From: Polyangiales bacterium
GTDB lineage: Bacteria; Myxococcota_A; Polyangia; Polyangiales; Ga0077539
Direction: 5' to 3'
Assembly (NCBI GenBank): GCA_044229975.1
Contig: JBGARZ010000015.1
Location: forward strand, 96,001-160,000
DNA length: 64,000 nucleotides
Part shown: piece by piece, positions 10,114 to 19,558 of the stretch
How positions within the stretch are numbered: position 1 is the stretch's first letter
Layout: each line of letters begins with the position of its first letter
Notes under the pieces: model-generated
Seen by the model: the letters and a program-made list of their open reading frames with translations, nothing else
Told to the model about the DNA's origin: nothing
Database searches by the model: none
Program-made: the position numbers and the translations under genes

Positions 10114-10270
10114 GGCGAGGAAGGGGTGGCCGCAAGGACGCAAGGGTCGCAAGGAAGAGGAAAGGAGGGGGGGACGGGCCCACGCATCCGCTAGTTCGCG
10201 GAAACCAACCATCCTCGGACGACCCCATCCCTTGCGACCCTTGCGTCCTTGCGGCCACTCCTTCCTCGCC
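10114..10270. repeat. Palindromic REP/REPIN-like element, family A, copy 1
   Basis: 41-bp arms at 10114-10154 and 10230-10270 are reverse complements with one mismatch; core GCCGCAAGGACGCAAGGGTCGCAAGG. Confidence 0.9.
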
Positions 10271-10333
10271 GCGCGCCAAGGGCCGCTCCGCTTGCGGGGC
10301 CGTCGCGGGGGCTGCTAGTCCCCACCGGAGGAG

Positions 10334-11902
10334 ATGCCCGTCGAGCCGCAGAGCACCCTGGCGCCCGACTTCGACGATGGGCCCGACCCCGTCGTTCGGA
10401 TGCCCAGGCGCATGGCGCCGCGGGTCGACGAACCCCCGCCGGGCATCGGGATCCAGCTCGTTCTCGCGGTCGCGGGCATCGGGCTCGCGCTCGGGGCCAC
10501 GCTCGGCGCCGTGGGCCTCGGCATCGTGCACGCCACGCGGTCCATGCCGCCGCGCGTCGCTGCCTCCAGCGCGGCCGCGGTGGTGAGCGCGCCGGTCCCG
10601 GCGGCCGCCACCGCGGTGGCGTCGTCCGCGGCGTATGCGCTCGACGCCGATGCCTCCGTCGCGCCGCCGCCACCGCCGACCGGGCCGCAGTTCGAGACGG
10701 CGCAGCAGTCCATCGGCGCGGGGCGGACGCTGGCCGCGGCGCTGCGGGCCGTCGGCGTTCCGCGCGGGGAGGTGGGGCTGACCATCCGGGCGCTCGACCG
10801 CTTCCTCGACATGCGTCAGCTCCAGCCGACCGACCGCGTCGCCGCGATGCGCGAGCCCGAGACCCGGACGCTGCGCCGGGTGGAGTTTCGCCGCGCGGCG
10901 ACGCAGGTGTGGGCGGCCGTTCGCGATGACGCGGGCGCGTGGCGCGGCGAGCGGGTGGAGGTCGTGATGCGCACGGAGACGGTGCGTACGGGCTTCCGGG
11001 TGGAGGGATCGGTCGAGGCGTCGGTGCGCGCGGCGGGGCTGCTGCCGGAGGTGGTCCCGCGCATCGCGGAGGTGTTCGCGGCGATGGACCTCCCGCCAAG
11101 GCTCCTCGGCGGCGACATCCTGCGCGTCGTGCTCGAAGAGGAGCGCATGAACGGGCAGTTCTTCCGCTACGGGCGGGTGCTCGCGGTGGACTACCGCGGG
11201 GCGCTCGGTCGACGCCGCGGATACCAGCTCACGTATGCCCGCGGCGGCGAGTGGTTCGACGCGCAGGGCAGCACCTGGGAGCGCGGGCCCCTCCGATCGC
11301 CGGTGCCAGGGGCGCGCATCTCGTCGCGCTTCAACCCGCGGCGCATCCATCCCGTGCTGCACGTCATCAAGCCCCACAACGGCGTCGACTGGGCCGCGCC
11401 CACGGGTACTCCCATCTACGCGCCCGCCGACGGGACCGTGCTCTCCGTCGGCCCCGCCGGTCCGTCGGGCAACCTCATCCGCGTGCGCCACCCGCAGCTC
11501 AACATCGAGACCGGCTACTGCCACCTCTCGCGCTTCGCGCCGGGGCTCCGGCCGGGGCAGCGCGTTCGCACCCGGCAGCTCCTCGGCTACGTCGGGACGA
11601 CGGGTCGCAGCACGGGGCCGCACCTGCACTTCTCGGTGAAGCGGGGAGGGGTCTTCATCGACCCGCTGACGTTGCACGGCGGGCGGCACGGGGTCCCGGC
11701 GGCGCTGCGGGAGCAGTTCGAGCAGGACGCGCTCCGCCTCGGCGCCACGCTCGACCAGATCGCCGTCAACGGCGAGACGCTCGCGGCCACCAACGCCATC
11801 GCGCCGCCGCCGTCGGGTCTCGGCGTCACTCCAGAGCCCGCGCCCGCGCCGCCCGATGACGGCGCCGACGAGACGCTCGACGACACCGACGGGCCCGACT
11901 GA
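10334..11902 (+). CDS. M23 family peptidoglycan endopeptidase (MepM-like)
   Basis: N-terminal TM helix; SSRFNPRRIHP, HNGVD, YCHLS, GRSTGPHLHF; GGAGG RBS. Confidence 0.92.
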   Translation: MPVEPQSTLAPDFDDGPDPVVRMPRRMAPRVDEPPPGIGIQLVLAVAGIGLALGATLGAVGLGIVHATRSMPPRVAASSAAAVVSAPVPAAATAVASSAAYALDADASVAPPPPPTGPQFETAQQSIGAGRTLAAALRAVGVPRGEVGLTIRALDRFLDMRQLQPTDRVAAMREPETRTLRRVEFRRAATQVWAAVRDDAGAWRGERVEVVMRTETVRTGFRVEGSVEASVRAAGLLPEVVPRIAEVFAAMDLPPRLLGGDILRVVLEEERMNGQFFRYGRVLAVDYRGALGRRRGYQLTYARGGEWFDAQGSTWERGPLRSPVPGARISSRFNPRRIHPVLHVIKPHNGVDWAAPTGTPIYAPADGTVLSVGPAGPSGNLIRVRHPQLNIETGYCHLSRFAPGLRPGQRVRTRQLLGYVGTTGRSTGPHLHFSVKRGGVFIDPLTLHGGRHGVPAALREQFEQDALRLGATLDQIAVNGETLAATNAIAPPPSGLGVTPEPAPAPPDDGADETLDDTDGPD

Positions 11903-12292
11903 TCAGAACAGCCCGAGCACGACCTTCACGAGGCCGAACATCGCGGCCGACCAGACGAGCGTTCGCAGGTAGGGGATGCCCGCGGCGTAGACGGCGACGT
12001 AGACCACGCGCGCGCCGAGGAAGATCTGCGCGCCGAGGGCGGTGCCGGCGTTGGTGCGGTGCGCGACCACCACGGCCAGCACGGCCGCCGCGAAGAGCGG
12101 AAACGTCTCCAGCAGGTTGTGCAGCGCCCGGTCGATCCGACCCGCGACGCCGGTCAGCGGAGGCGCGGGCGTGTCGCGCGGGCTGGTGTTGAAGGCGACC
12201 CCGCGCTGAAGGGTCGAGAGCGTCGCGCCGATGAGGATCTGCGCGATGCCGAGCACCACGGTCCACGCCAGCATTGTCAGTTCGGTGTTCAT
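11903..12292 (-). CDS. MAPEG family membrane protein
   Basis: 129 aa, about four TM helices, RIDRALHNLLETFPLF and ARVVYVAVY motifs (end of shadow ORF 11903..14653). Confidence 0.88.
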   Translation of the reverse strand: MNTELTMLAWTVVLGIAQILIGATLSTLQRGVAFNTSPRDTPAPPLTGVAGRIDRALHNLLETFPLFAAAVLAVVVAHRTNAGTALGAQIFLGARVVYVAVYAAGIPYLRTLVWSAAMFGLVKVVLGLF

Positions 12293-12445
12293 GGAGGTCG
12301 TTGATTCCTGTGTAGGGGAGAGCCGACGCCGCGACGCTCTCACGTCCGCTCGGACCCCACACACGTTTCGGCAACGCTTCCTCCGCGGGCCCTCCCACCT
12401 GCCGTTGCGCCGAGGCGCCGTACCCACGATCCTCCCGCCGCGCCC

Positions 12446-15292
12446 ATGAACCGTCGCACCCGCTTCGTCCTCGCCTCGTGGTGCGCGCTCTCGGCCGCGT
12501 GCAACTCCACCTCGACGCCCACCCGCGCCGACGCCGCCGCCGTCGACACGCCCATGGACGTCGCCGCCGTCATCGATGACCTCGCCGTCGTCGATGACCT
12601 CACCGTCATCGACCACCCCTCCGTCGACGCTCCGCTCGATCGCCCGTCCCTCGATACGCCCGACGTCGTCGCGGGTCCGCCGCGGTGTCCCGGCCCCTTC
12701 CGTCCGCCCTCCGAGCAGGAGCTCTCCCGACGCCGCGCCCTTGGCATCCCCGACTCCGCCGGGTGCGTCGTGATGCTCGGCGCCAACAGCCACCTCGACA
12801 TCAACTGGCTCTACACCTTCGACGAGTACTACCGCCGCTTCGTCGGCACCATCCTCTCCGGCGCGCAGCGCCTCCTCGAAGCCGACCCCGAGTATCGGTA
12901 CAGCGTCGCGGAGATGGCGTTCCTCGCGGAACACCTGCGCCAGCACCCCGAGCAGGCGGCGTCCTTCCGCGCGGCGGCCGGGCGTGGCGCCCTCCGCGTC
13001 GTCGGCGGCGCCATGACCACGCCCGACACCATCCTCCCGACCACCGAGGCGCTCACCCGCGACTTCCTCCGTGGCTCGCTCGTCGCGGAAAACACCCTCG
13101 GCGTGCGCGCCCGCTCGGCGTGGCTGCCCGACAGCTTCGGCCACTCCCCGACCATGCCCGATCTCCTCTCGGCGATGGGCGTCGGCTCGGTCGCCTTCGC
13201 GCGCGTCGACGGCCTCCACGACGCCTTCGAGGCAGCGCTGGGCCAGGACGAGATCGTCGAGGGCTCCACCGCCTCGCTGCTCCGCGACATCGGCTCGGCC
13301 GACTTCGTGTGGCGCGGTCCGGGCGGTGGTGAAGTGCTCGCCCACTGGATGCCGTTTCGGCTCTACTGCCAGGGCGACAACCTCAACAACTCGGGCGCGC
13401 CATTGCCCGGCGGGCGCGTCGTCGACCGACCCCGCGGCGACGACGCCGATTACACCAACGGCCGCATCGTTCGCTATGTGAACGAGCTCACGCCCTACGC
13501 CCGCACGCCGTACCTCTTCGTCCCCATCGGCTGCGACTTCCAGCCGCCCATGACCGACCTCCTCCCCATCATCCGCCGCTGGAACACCACCCAGTCCGCC
13601 TCCACCGGCATCTACGTGATGGCGTCCAGCTTCGAGGACTACGCCTCGCTCCTCGACACGCGCCGCGACGACCTTCCGCACCTCACGCGCGACATCACGC
13701 CGTACTTCACCGGCTACCTCGGGTCGCGCCTCGCGCTGAAGCGCGCCGTCCGCCGCGCGGGCGACCTCCTCTCGCAGGCCGAGAGCGCCGCCCTCCTCGC
13801 GTCGTCGCTGACCGCCGCGCCGTACCCCGCCACCGCCCTCGCCGACGCCTGGAACCTCTTCTCCCTCAGCAACCACCACGACTACATCGCCGGCACCTCG
13901 CTCGACCCCGTCACCACCGGCGAGCAGCTCCCGTGGATGAACCAGGTCGCCGCCACCGCCCGCACACTCACCACCGCCGCGCTCTCCTCCGTCGCCGCCG
14001 CCGTCGCACCCGCCGCCGACGCCACCGCCTCCGCCGTCGTGCTCGGAACCGTCGGCGCCCGCGGCCCTCGCGCTGCCACCGTCGCACTCACCTTCGGCGC
14101 CGGCGTGCGTCAGGTCGCGTCGCCCTACCCCACGCAGGTCATCGACAGCACCCGCCGCGCCGACGGAACGCTCTCCTCCGCGAACGTTCTCGTGGTCGCC
14201 CCCGACGTGCGCCCGCTCAGCTACCAGCGCGTCGCCTTCACCGACCGTGCGCCGTCGGGTCCCGTCGCCGTGAGCGAGGCGGCCGATGCGTTCACGCTGC
14301 GCGACACGAGCGCCCGGCTCGTCGCGGTGGTCGATCGCACCACCGGGCTCCTCCGCTCGCTCGCCCTCGACGGCCGCGAGTGGATCACCGCCCCGTCGCT
14401 CGACATCCGCGCCTACGACGACCAGGGCGGTCTCTACCGCATCGGCAGCGAGACCCGCGGCTGCCGCTTCACGTTGGTCGAGCCGCCCGCCGGGGACGTC
14501 ACCGTCACCGTCGGCGAGCGCGGCCCCGCGAGGGCGACGGTGCGCATCCAGCGCGGGACCGTGGCGCTCACGCTCGGAATCACCGCGGGCGCGGGCAGGC
14601 TCGACGTCGACGTGGACTCCGCGGCGCTGCGAGGGCAGACGTACACGCTGCACCTGGCGACGGCGGCGACGGGCGCGACGGGGTGGTTCGATGAGCCCGC
14701 CGGGCTGGTGAGTCGGCCGTCACGGGGGTTGTTCGAGCCGACGTTCTGGTCGGCGGTGCGCGGCTTCGACCTGGTGCGCGCCGACCGCGCGGGCTTCGCG
14801 GTGCTGTCGTCGGTGAGCACCGGCGTGCACTACGGCGACGACGGAGCGATCGACCTCATGGTGTCGCGCAACGCGTACACCGAGCGCTGCGACATCCTCG
14901 GGGCGTCAGGCTACGAGGCCGTCCACGACACGCTGCGCTTCTCGCTGCGCCCGCACGTCGGCGTCATCGACCTCCTCGCCGAGGCGCTCGCCACCCTCGA
15001 CGCTCCGGCGGTGCAGGCGCGCGGTGTCTCCAGCGGCGCCGACGCGGGCTCGCTCCTGGGCCTCGACGGGACCGGGTTCGTGGTGTCCGCGGGCAAGCGC
15101 GCCGAGCGCGGCGACGGGGCCATCGTTCGCCTGCAACGCACGGCGCCGGGGGCGACGCTGACGGTGACGCCGGGCATCCTTCCGGCGACGGCGCTCACCC
15201 GCACCGACCTGCTCGAACGCGACGACGCTGTCGTGACGTCACCTGTCGCGCTCGACGCGCCGGTGGTGACGTTGCGGGCGCGCGCTCCGTAG
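12446..15292 (+). CDS. Glycoside hydrolase family 38 alpha-mannosidase-like lipoprotein
   Basis: Lipobox SAAC; NSHLDINWL, WLPDSFGHS (catalytic Asp), GCDF, NHHDYIAGTS. Confidence 0.88.
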   Translation: MNRRTRFVLASWCALSAACNSTSTPTRADAAAVDTPMDVAAVIDDLAVVDDLTVIDHPSVDAPLDRPSLDTPDVVAGPPRCPGPFRPPSEQELSRRRALGIPDSAGCVVMLGANSHLDINWLYTFDEYYRRFVGTILSGAQRLLEADPEYRYSVAEMAFLAEHLRQHPEQAASFRAAAGRGALRVVGGAMTTPDTILPTTEALTRDFLRGSLVAENTLGVRARSAWLPDSFGHSPTMPDLLSAMGVGSVAFARVDGLHDAFEAALGQDEIVEGSTASLLRDIGSADFVWRGPGGGEVLAHWMPFRLYCQGDNLNNSGAPLPGGRVVDRPRGDDADYTNGRIVRYVNELTPYARTPYLFVPIGCDFQPPMTDLLPIIRRWNTTQSASTGIYVMASSFEDYASLLDTRRDDLPHLTRDITPYFTGYLGSRLALKRAVRRAGDLLSQAESAALLASSLTAAPYPATALADAWNLFSLSNHHDYIAGTSLDPVTTGEQLPWMNQVAATARTLTTAALSSVAAAVAPAADATASAVVLGTVGARGPRAATVALTFGAGVRQVASPYPTQVIDSTRRADGTLSSANVLVVAPDVRPLSYQRVAFTDRAPSGPVAVSEAADAFTLRDTSARLVAVVDRTTGLLRSLALDGREWITAPSLDIRAYDDQGGLYRIGSETRGCRFTLVEPPAGDVTVTVGERGPARATVRIQRGTVALTLGITAGAGRLDVDVDSAALRGQTYTLHLATAATGATGWFDEPAGLVSRPSRGLFEPTFWSAVRGFDLVRADRAGFAVLSSVSTGVHYGDDGAIDLMVSRNAYTERCDILGASGYEAVHDTLRFSLRPHVGVIDLLAEALATLDAPAVQARGVSSGADAGSLLGLDGTGFVVSAGKRAERGDGAIVRLQRTAPGATLTVTPGILPATALTRTDLLERDDAVVTSPVALDAPVVTLRARAP

Positions 15293-15293
15293 G

Positions 15294-15746
15294 TCAGCCG
15301 GCGGACTTCGCCTTCGCGATGGCGTCACGAACGGCGGTTCCGCTGAAGATGCGGACGCCCCAGCGATCGCCGCGGGTATCGGTGAGGATGAGGTCGTCGG
15401 AGATGAAGCCCGTGGTGAGCTCCATGTGGGCGATGGCGCGCAGCGGGAGCACGGCGCGCTCGATGGGCCCGACGTTGATGCCGTGCGGGACGAACGCGAG
15501 CTCGTGGTCGGTGAGGTGGAGGTCGCCGCCCTGCCAGTTGAGCGAGGAGCCCGGTCGCAGGAGGTTGGCCTTCCACGACTGACGCTCGGTGAGGCGCGCG
15601 ATCTCCGGTGCGCTCGCGGCCTCGGCGGGCCAGCGCAGGATCGCCAGCCGCTGGCAATACATGCACTTGAAGAGGTCGGCGCGGCTCGTCATCTCGAGCG
15701 CGCCGCCGCAGTTCGGGCACGAGAGCGTGAAGAGGGGAGCGTTCAT
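15294..15746 (-). CDS. Zinc-ribbon + PH/GRAM-like domain protein
   Basis: CPNCGG...CMYC at the N-terminus; GGDLHLTDHELAFVPH typical of bacterial PH/GRAM folds. Confidence 0.65.
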   Translation of the reverse strand: MNAPLFTLSCPNCGGALEMTSRADLFKCMYCQRLAILRWPAEAASAPEIARLTERQSWKANLLRPGSSLNWQGGDLHLTDHELAFVPHGINVGPIERAVLPLRAIAHMELTTGFISDDLILTDTRGDRWGVRIFSGTAVRDAIAKAKSAG

Positions 15747-15810
15747 GGCGCGAGCATCGAAGAAGGTGCGGGCGGTGTCCAGACGACCTGCGGTGGTACC
15801 TTCGGACGCG

Positions 15811-16731
15811 ATGTCCGAATCACTGATCACCATCGACTGCGAGTACGTGCAACCGCTGCTCGCCTGCGCCTACCTCCGCGTCTCGGGCGAGGAGTGCGCC
15901 TTCATCGAGACCAATACCGGGTATGCCGTTCCGAAGCTGCTCGCGGCGCTTGAAGCGCAGGGTCGCTCGCCGGGCGACGTGCGCTACGTGATCGTCACCC
16001 ACGTTCACCTCGACCACGCGGGCGGCGCCCACGCGCTCATGGAGGCGTGTCCCAACGCGACGCTGCTCGCCCATCCCCGCGCGGCCCGTCACCTCATCGA
16101 CCCGTCGAAGCTCGTCGCGGGCGCGACGGCCGTCTACGGCGCCGAGGCCTTCGCCGCCCTCTACGGAACCATCCGCGGCGTCCCCGCCTCCCGCGTTCGC
16201 GCCCTCGACGACGGCGCGGAGGTCCCGTTTGGCGGCGGCGTGCTGCGCTTCCTCCACACGCGCGGCCACGCCAACCATCACTTCGTGGTGCACGACCCGG
16301 CGCGCGGCACGGTGTTCACGGGCGACGCCTTCGGGTTGGTGTATCCGCAGATCCAGCGCGCGGGTCTGCTGGCCTTTCCGTCGACGAGCCCGACGGACTT
16401 CGACGGCCCCGCGGCGCACGCCGCCGTCGACCGCATCGTGGCGCTCGGGACCAACAGCGCGTGCCTCACCCACTTCGGCGAGCAGACCCGCCTGCGCGAC
16501 ATCGCCGACCAGCTACACGAGTGGCTCACGCTCTCGGAGAAGCTCATGGAAGAGGCGAAGCAGCGCCCGCCCGCCGAGCGCGAGACCTACCTGGAGGCGC
16601 GGCTGACGGCGGCCTTCGACGAGACCGCCGCGCGCATCGGGCTGTCGCTCAGCGACGCCGACCGCGAGCTCGTGGGCTTCGACCGCAAGCTCAACGCGCA
16701 GGGGCTGGCGTACGCCGCGGGCCGTGCCTGA
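15811..16731 (+). CDS. MBL-fold metallo-hydrolase
   Basis: THVHLDHAGG, TRGHANHH, FTGDAFG, LTHFG. Confidence 0.92.
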   Translation: MSESLITIDCEYVQPLLACAYLRVSGEECAFIETNTGYAVPKLLAALEAQGRSPGDVRYVIVTHVHLDHAGGAHALMEACPNATLLAHPRAARHLIDPSKLVAGATAVYGAEAFAALYGTIRGVPASRVRALDDGAEVPFGGGVLRFLHTRGHANHHFVVHDPARGTVFTGDAFGLVYPQIQRAGLLAFPSTSPTDFDGPAAHAAVDRIVALGTNSACLTHFGEQTRLRDIADQLHEWLTLSEKLMEEAKQRPPAERETYLEARLTAAFDETAARIGLSLSDADRELVGFDRKLNAQGLAYAAGRA

Positions 16732-16750
16732 CGAAGCGGTAGGCGTTCGA

Positions 16751-16887
16751 GAAAGAGCCGCAAGGGCGCAAGGGTCGCAAGGGGCAGGGAGGATTCTCGA
16801 ACAAAGCCCGGTCTCCGCGAGCTGGCGGTTGTGCGAGTCGATCGAGCCATTCTCTCCCTTGCGACCCTCGCGTCCTTGCGGCTTTTC
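16751..16887. repeat. Palindromic REP/REPIN-like element, family A, copy 2
   Basis: Arms 16757-16783 (GCCGCAAGGGCGCAAGGGTCGCAAGGG) and 16856-16882 (CCCTTGCGACCCTCGCGTCCTTGCGGC), between convergent genes. Confidence 0.88.
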
Positions 16888-19549
16888 ATTCCGTGTCGAG
16901 CGCAACGCTTCCGCGGTTGCCCGACGCGTCGATGAGCTCGTAGCGCATCACCCGCGTCGCATCCCCACCGAGCTCGATGGTCGCTCGCCCGGCGTCGTCC
17001 ACCGCCACCCCGTCGAAGCTGCGTCGCATGCCGTCCGTCAACGTCACCTCCACGCTCGCCGCGCCGCGCGGCAGCAGCAGCGCCTGACCCGGTCGGCTGC
17101 GCAGCGAGAGCAACCGCCACCCCTCCGCCGAGCGCGCGCTCGCGGTCAGCGTCGCCATCGATCCGCTGCGCGTCGCGGTGAGCTGCAACGTCGCGGGTGC
17201 CACATCGAAGGCGCGGCTCGCCACCCGATACCCGGTGCCCTCGATGGCGAAGCGGTAGCGCCCGGTGGGCAGCGCGAGTCGGTCGCCCAGCCCGTCGTGG
17301 CGCGCGTCGCCCCAGCTCGGCACGGCCTGCCACTCGGCGACCCAGTAGTGCGTGCGCGGCGCCTCTCCCACGCGGCGCAATGGTATTGGCGTCCACGTCA
17401 CGAGCAGATCGCCGTCACGCACCTCGCGCCCGCTGCGGCGCACCATGGGCGCCCACACGTTGCTGCCCGGCGCCGACTCCACCTCGATGTGGACCGTGGG
17501 TGTCCCGGCGCGCGGGTCTTCGCCGATCCAGACGAAGCGCGCGACGCCGAGGCGCTCGATGCGCTCGGGCGGCTGCGCGCCCACCGTCGACCAGTCGGGC
17601 GAGCGGCGCGCGTACACCTCGCGCGGAACACTCTCCGGCACCCTGCCCGCCATCGCCGCCGTCTCCGGCGCAGGCAGCGCATCGGGCACGGGCGGAGCCC
17701 ACCGCGTCGAGCCCGTTCCGACGTCTTCGCGCTGCGGAGTGAACGCCATGCGCGCGAGGGCGACGGCCTCCTCGGCGACGTGCTCGCCCTCCAGCGGTCC
17801 CCAGAAGTTGAGCCCCGGCTCGTACCCGGCGCGCAGCCAGTCTTCGGCGGTGAGCACGTAGCCCATGTGCCCGTTGGCGTACCCGACCACCACGGTGTGA
17901 TCGGGCGCCGCCGGCGAGAGCGCGCGCACGCGGTCGGCGAGGAGGGTGAGCGGCTCTCCCGGGAGCGTGACGAAGACGTGCTCGCCGATGCGCACGGCAC
18001 CGACGACGGTGCGCGTCGAGCCACACGCCGCGCGGTTGCGCGGGATCGGCGGCGGTCGGATGGCGAGCACCGCCCCGACGAGCGGCGAGAGCCCCTCGAC
18101 GCGCTGGCACGTCCCGTAGGAGCTCAGGCCCGCGGCGCCTGGGAAGAGCGACCCGACGAGGTACGACTGGTCGACGCCGCACAGCACCGCGCCGTACGCC
18201 GCGTTGAACTCGTCGATGGGAGAGATCAGCGCGCCCGCGTCGTCGTAGACCCGTCGGTCGGGTGCGCGGCCCGGCTCGAAGGGAGCGTAGGCGAGGCCGC
18301 CGTCGCGGACGGTGAAGGTGCGCCAGTCGGTTCCGAGGGGGATGGAGCGGGTGAGCGCCTCGACGGCCACGCGGTCGCGGAGCGTGTCCCCAGCGCGCTG
18401 CCACACGCCGTAGATCAACCCCGCGGCGGTGCGCCCGAGCCCCTCGACGCGGGCGAAGTCGTAGCAGAAGCGCGCTGGTCCGCGGCGCTCTTCGTCGCAG
18501 TCGACGCCGCCGCCGGGCCCTGCCGGGGAGACGTCCCCCGCGGCGCCCTGGAGGTGCATCACCATCACGCGACGGTCGAAGCGCTCTTCGAGGGCGCGCT
18601 CGATGGCCCCGGAGGCGTCGGTCGCCATCAAGCTGTTGTCCGCGTCCAGGATGGTCGGGTGAACGCCCACGACCGGGACCACGGCGAGCGGTGTCCCGTC
18701 GGCGGTGTCGACGCGCAGCACGAAGAGGTCGTTGTCCTTGCGACGGCGCCCGTTGGGGAGGTCGTCGTTGGCGTCGCGGCGGTCGCGGGAGACGGTGTCC
18801 ATCGGGTCGAAGGCGCCGTCGTGCGCGACGCCAATGCGCGCCGGAACCCGCGCCGCAACCGCAGCGAGCGCAGCCTGTACGAGCGCATCGACGAGGCGCC
18901 GCTGGCTCTCGGCGCGAGCCGGACCGAAGCCCAGGATGCCGTATCCCTCGTGCGCGACGTGGTGGCCCGGCGCCGAGTGCGAGTGGCTCGTGACGAAGAA
19001 CACCTTGCCTTCGTAGGCGGGCCCGAGTCGGGCGGTGACCTGGCCGTGGATGGTCTCGTCGGCGACGCCGAGGTCTGCCTTGAGGAGCAGCACCGTCTCG
19101 TCGCCCGCGGTGAGGGCGAGCGCTCGCACCATCGGCCGCGTCTGGTACCCGAGCGACGCGTTGAACCACGCCGACAGGGTGCGGTCGCGGTCGTCGAGCG
19201 CGCCGTCGTTGCCGAGGAGGCGCACGCGCGAGGTGTACGCGCCGAGGGCCGACCCGACGGGGAGATCGAGCGGGAGCTCGGCGACGCCCGCGGAGACTGC
19301 GCCTTCGGTGACGGTTGCACCGGCGCGTGCGGTCGCGGCGACGGCTTCGTAGCGGCAGTGATCGGTGGGTGAAGGGAGTTCGAGGACGTCGACGGGCTCG
19401 GGCTTGTCCGAGGCTTCGGGCGCGTCGTCGCGAGAGCCGAGGTCGTTGGCGGGCGGCGCGTCGACAGCGCCAGCGTCAGGGGTCGACGGCGTGGCGGTGT
19501 TGCAGTGGACGAGCGCGACGAGGGAGAGCGAGAGCAGGGCGGTGCGCAT
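16886..19549 (-). CDS. Neutral/alkaline ceramidase family lipoprotein
   Basis: Lipobox LVHC; TSHSHSAPG, VHPT, LQGAAGDVSP, TLPGEP, GYANGHMGY, GYE motifs. Confidence 0.85.
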   Translation of the reverse strand: MRTALLSLSLVALVHCNTATPSTPDAGAVDAPPANDLGSRDDAPEASDKPEPVDVLELPSPTDHCRYEAVAATARAGATVTEGAVSAGVAELPLDLPVGSALGAYTSRVRLLGNDGALDDRDRTLSAWFNASLGYQTRPMVRALALTAGDETVLLLKADLGVADETIHGQVTARLGPAYEGKVFFVTSHSHSAPGHHVAHEGYGILGFGPARAESQRRLVDALVQAALAAVAARVPARIGVAHDGAFDPMDTVSRDRRDANDDLPNGRRRKDNDLFVLRVDTADGTPLAVVPVVGVHPTILDADNSLMATDASGAIERALEERFDRRVMVMHLQGAAGDVSPAGPGGGVDCDEERRGPARFCYDFARVEGLGRTAAGLIYGVWQRAGDTLRDRVAVEALTRSIPLGTDWRTFTVRDGGLAYAPFEPGRAPDRRVYDDAGALISPIDEFNAAYGAVLCGVDQSYLVGSLFPGAAGLSSYGTCQRVEGLSPLVGAVLAIRPPPIPRNRAACGSTRTVVGAVRIGEHVFVTLPGEPLTLLADRVRALSPAAPDHTVVVGYANGHMGYVLTAEDWLRAGYEPGLNFWGPLEGEHVAEEAVALARMAFTPQREDVGTGSTRWAPPVPDALPAPETAAMAGRVPESVPREVYARRSPDWSTVGAQPPERIERLGVARFVWIGEDPRAGTPTVHIEVESAPGSNVWAPMVRRSGREVRDGDLLVTWTPIPLRRVGEAPRTHYWVAEWQAVPSWGDARHDGLGDRLALPTGRYRFAIEGTGYRVASRAFDVAPATLQLTATRSGSMATLTASARSAEGWRLLSLRSRPGQALLLPRGAASVEVTLTDGMRRSFDGVAVDDAGRATIELGGDATRVMRYELIDASGNRGSVALDTE

Positions 19550-19558
19550 GGGAGGCGT

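Noticed and set aside
10069..10212. N-terminal extensions containing PLRPLRPCG / RKDARVAR peptides (also in ORFs near 16800 and 35580)
   Set aside because: These are translations of the family A palindrome, not protein sequence.
12293..12445. Riboswitch or ncRNA between the MAPEG and GH38 genes
   Set aside because: Only a weak GAGAGC/GCTCTC hairpin and no recognisable aptamer consensus.
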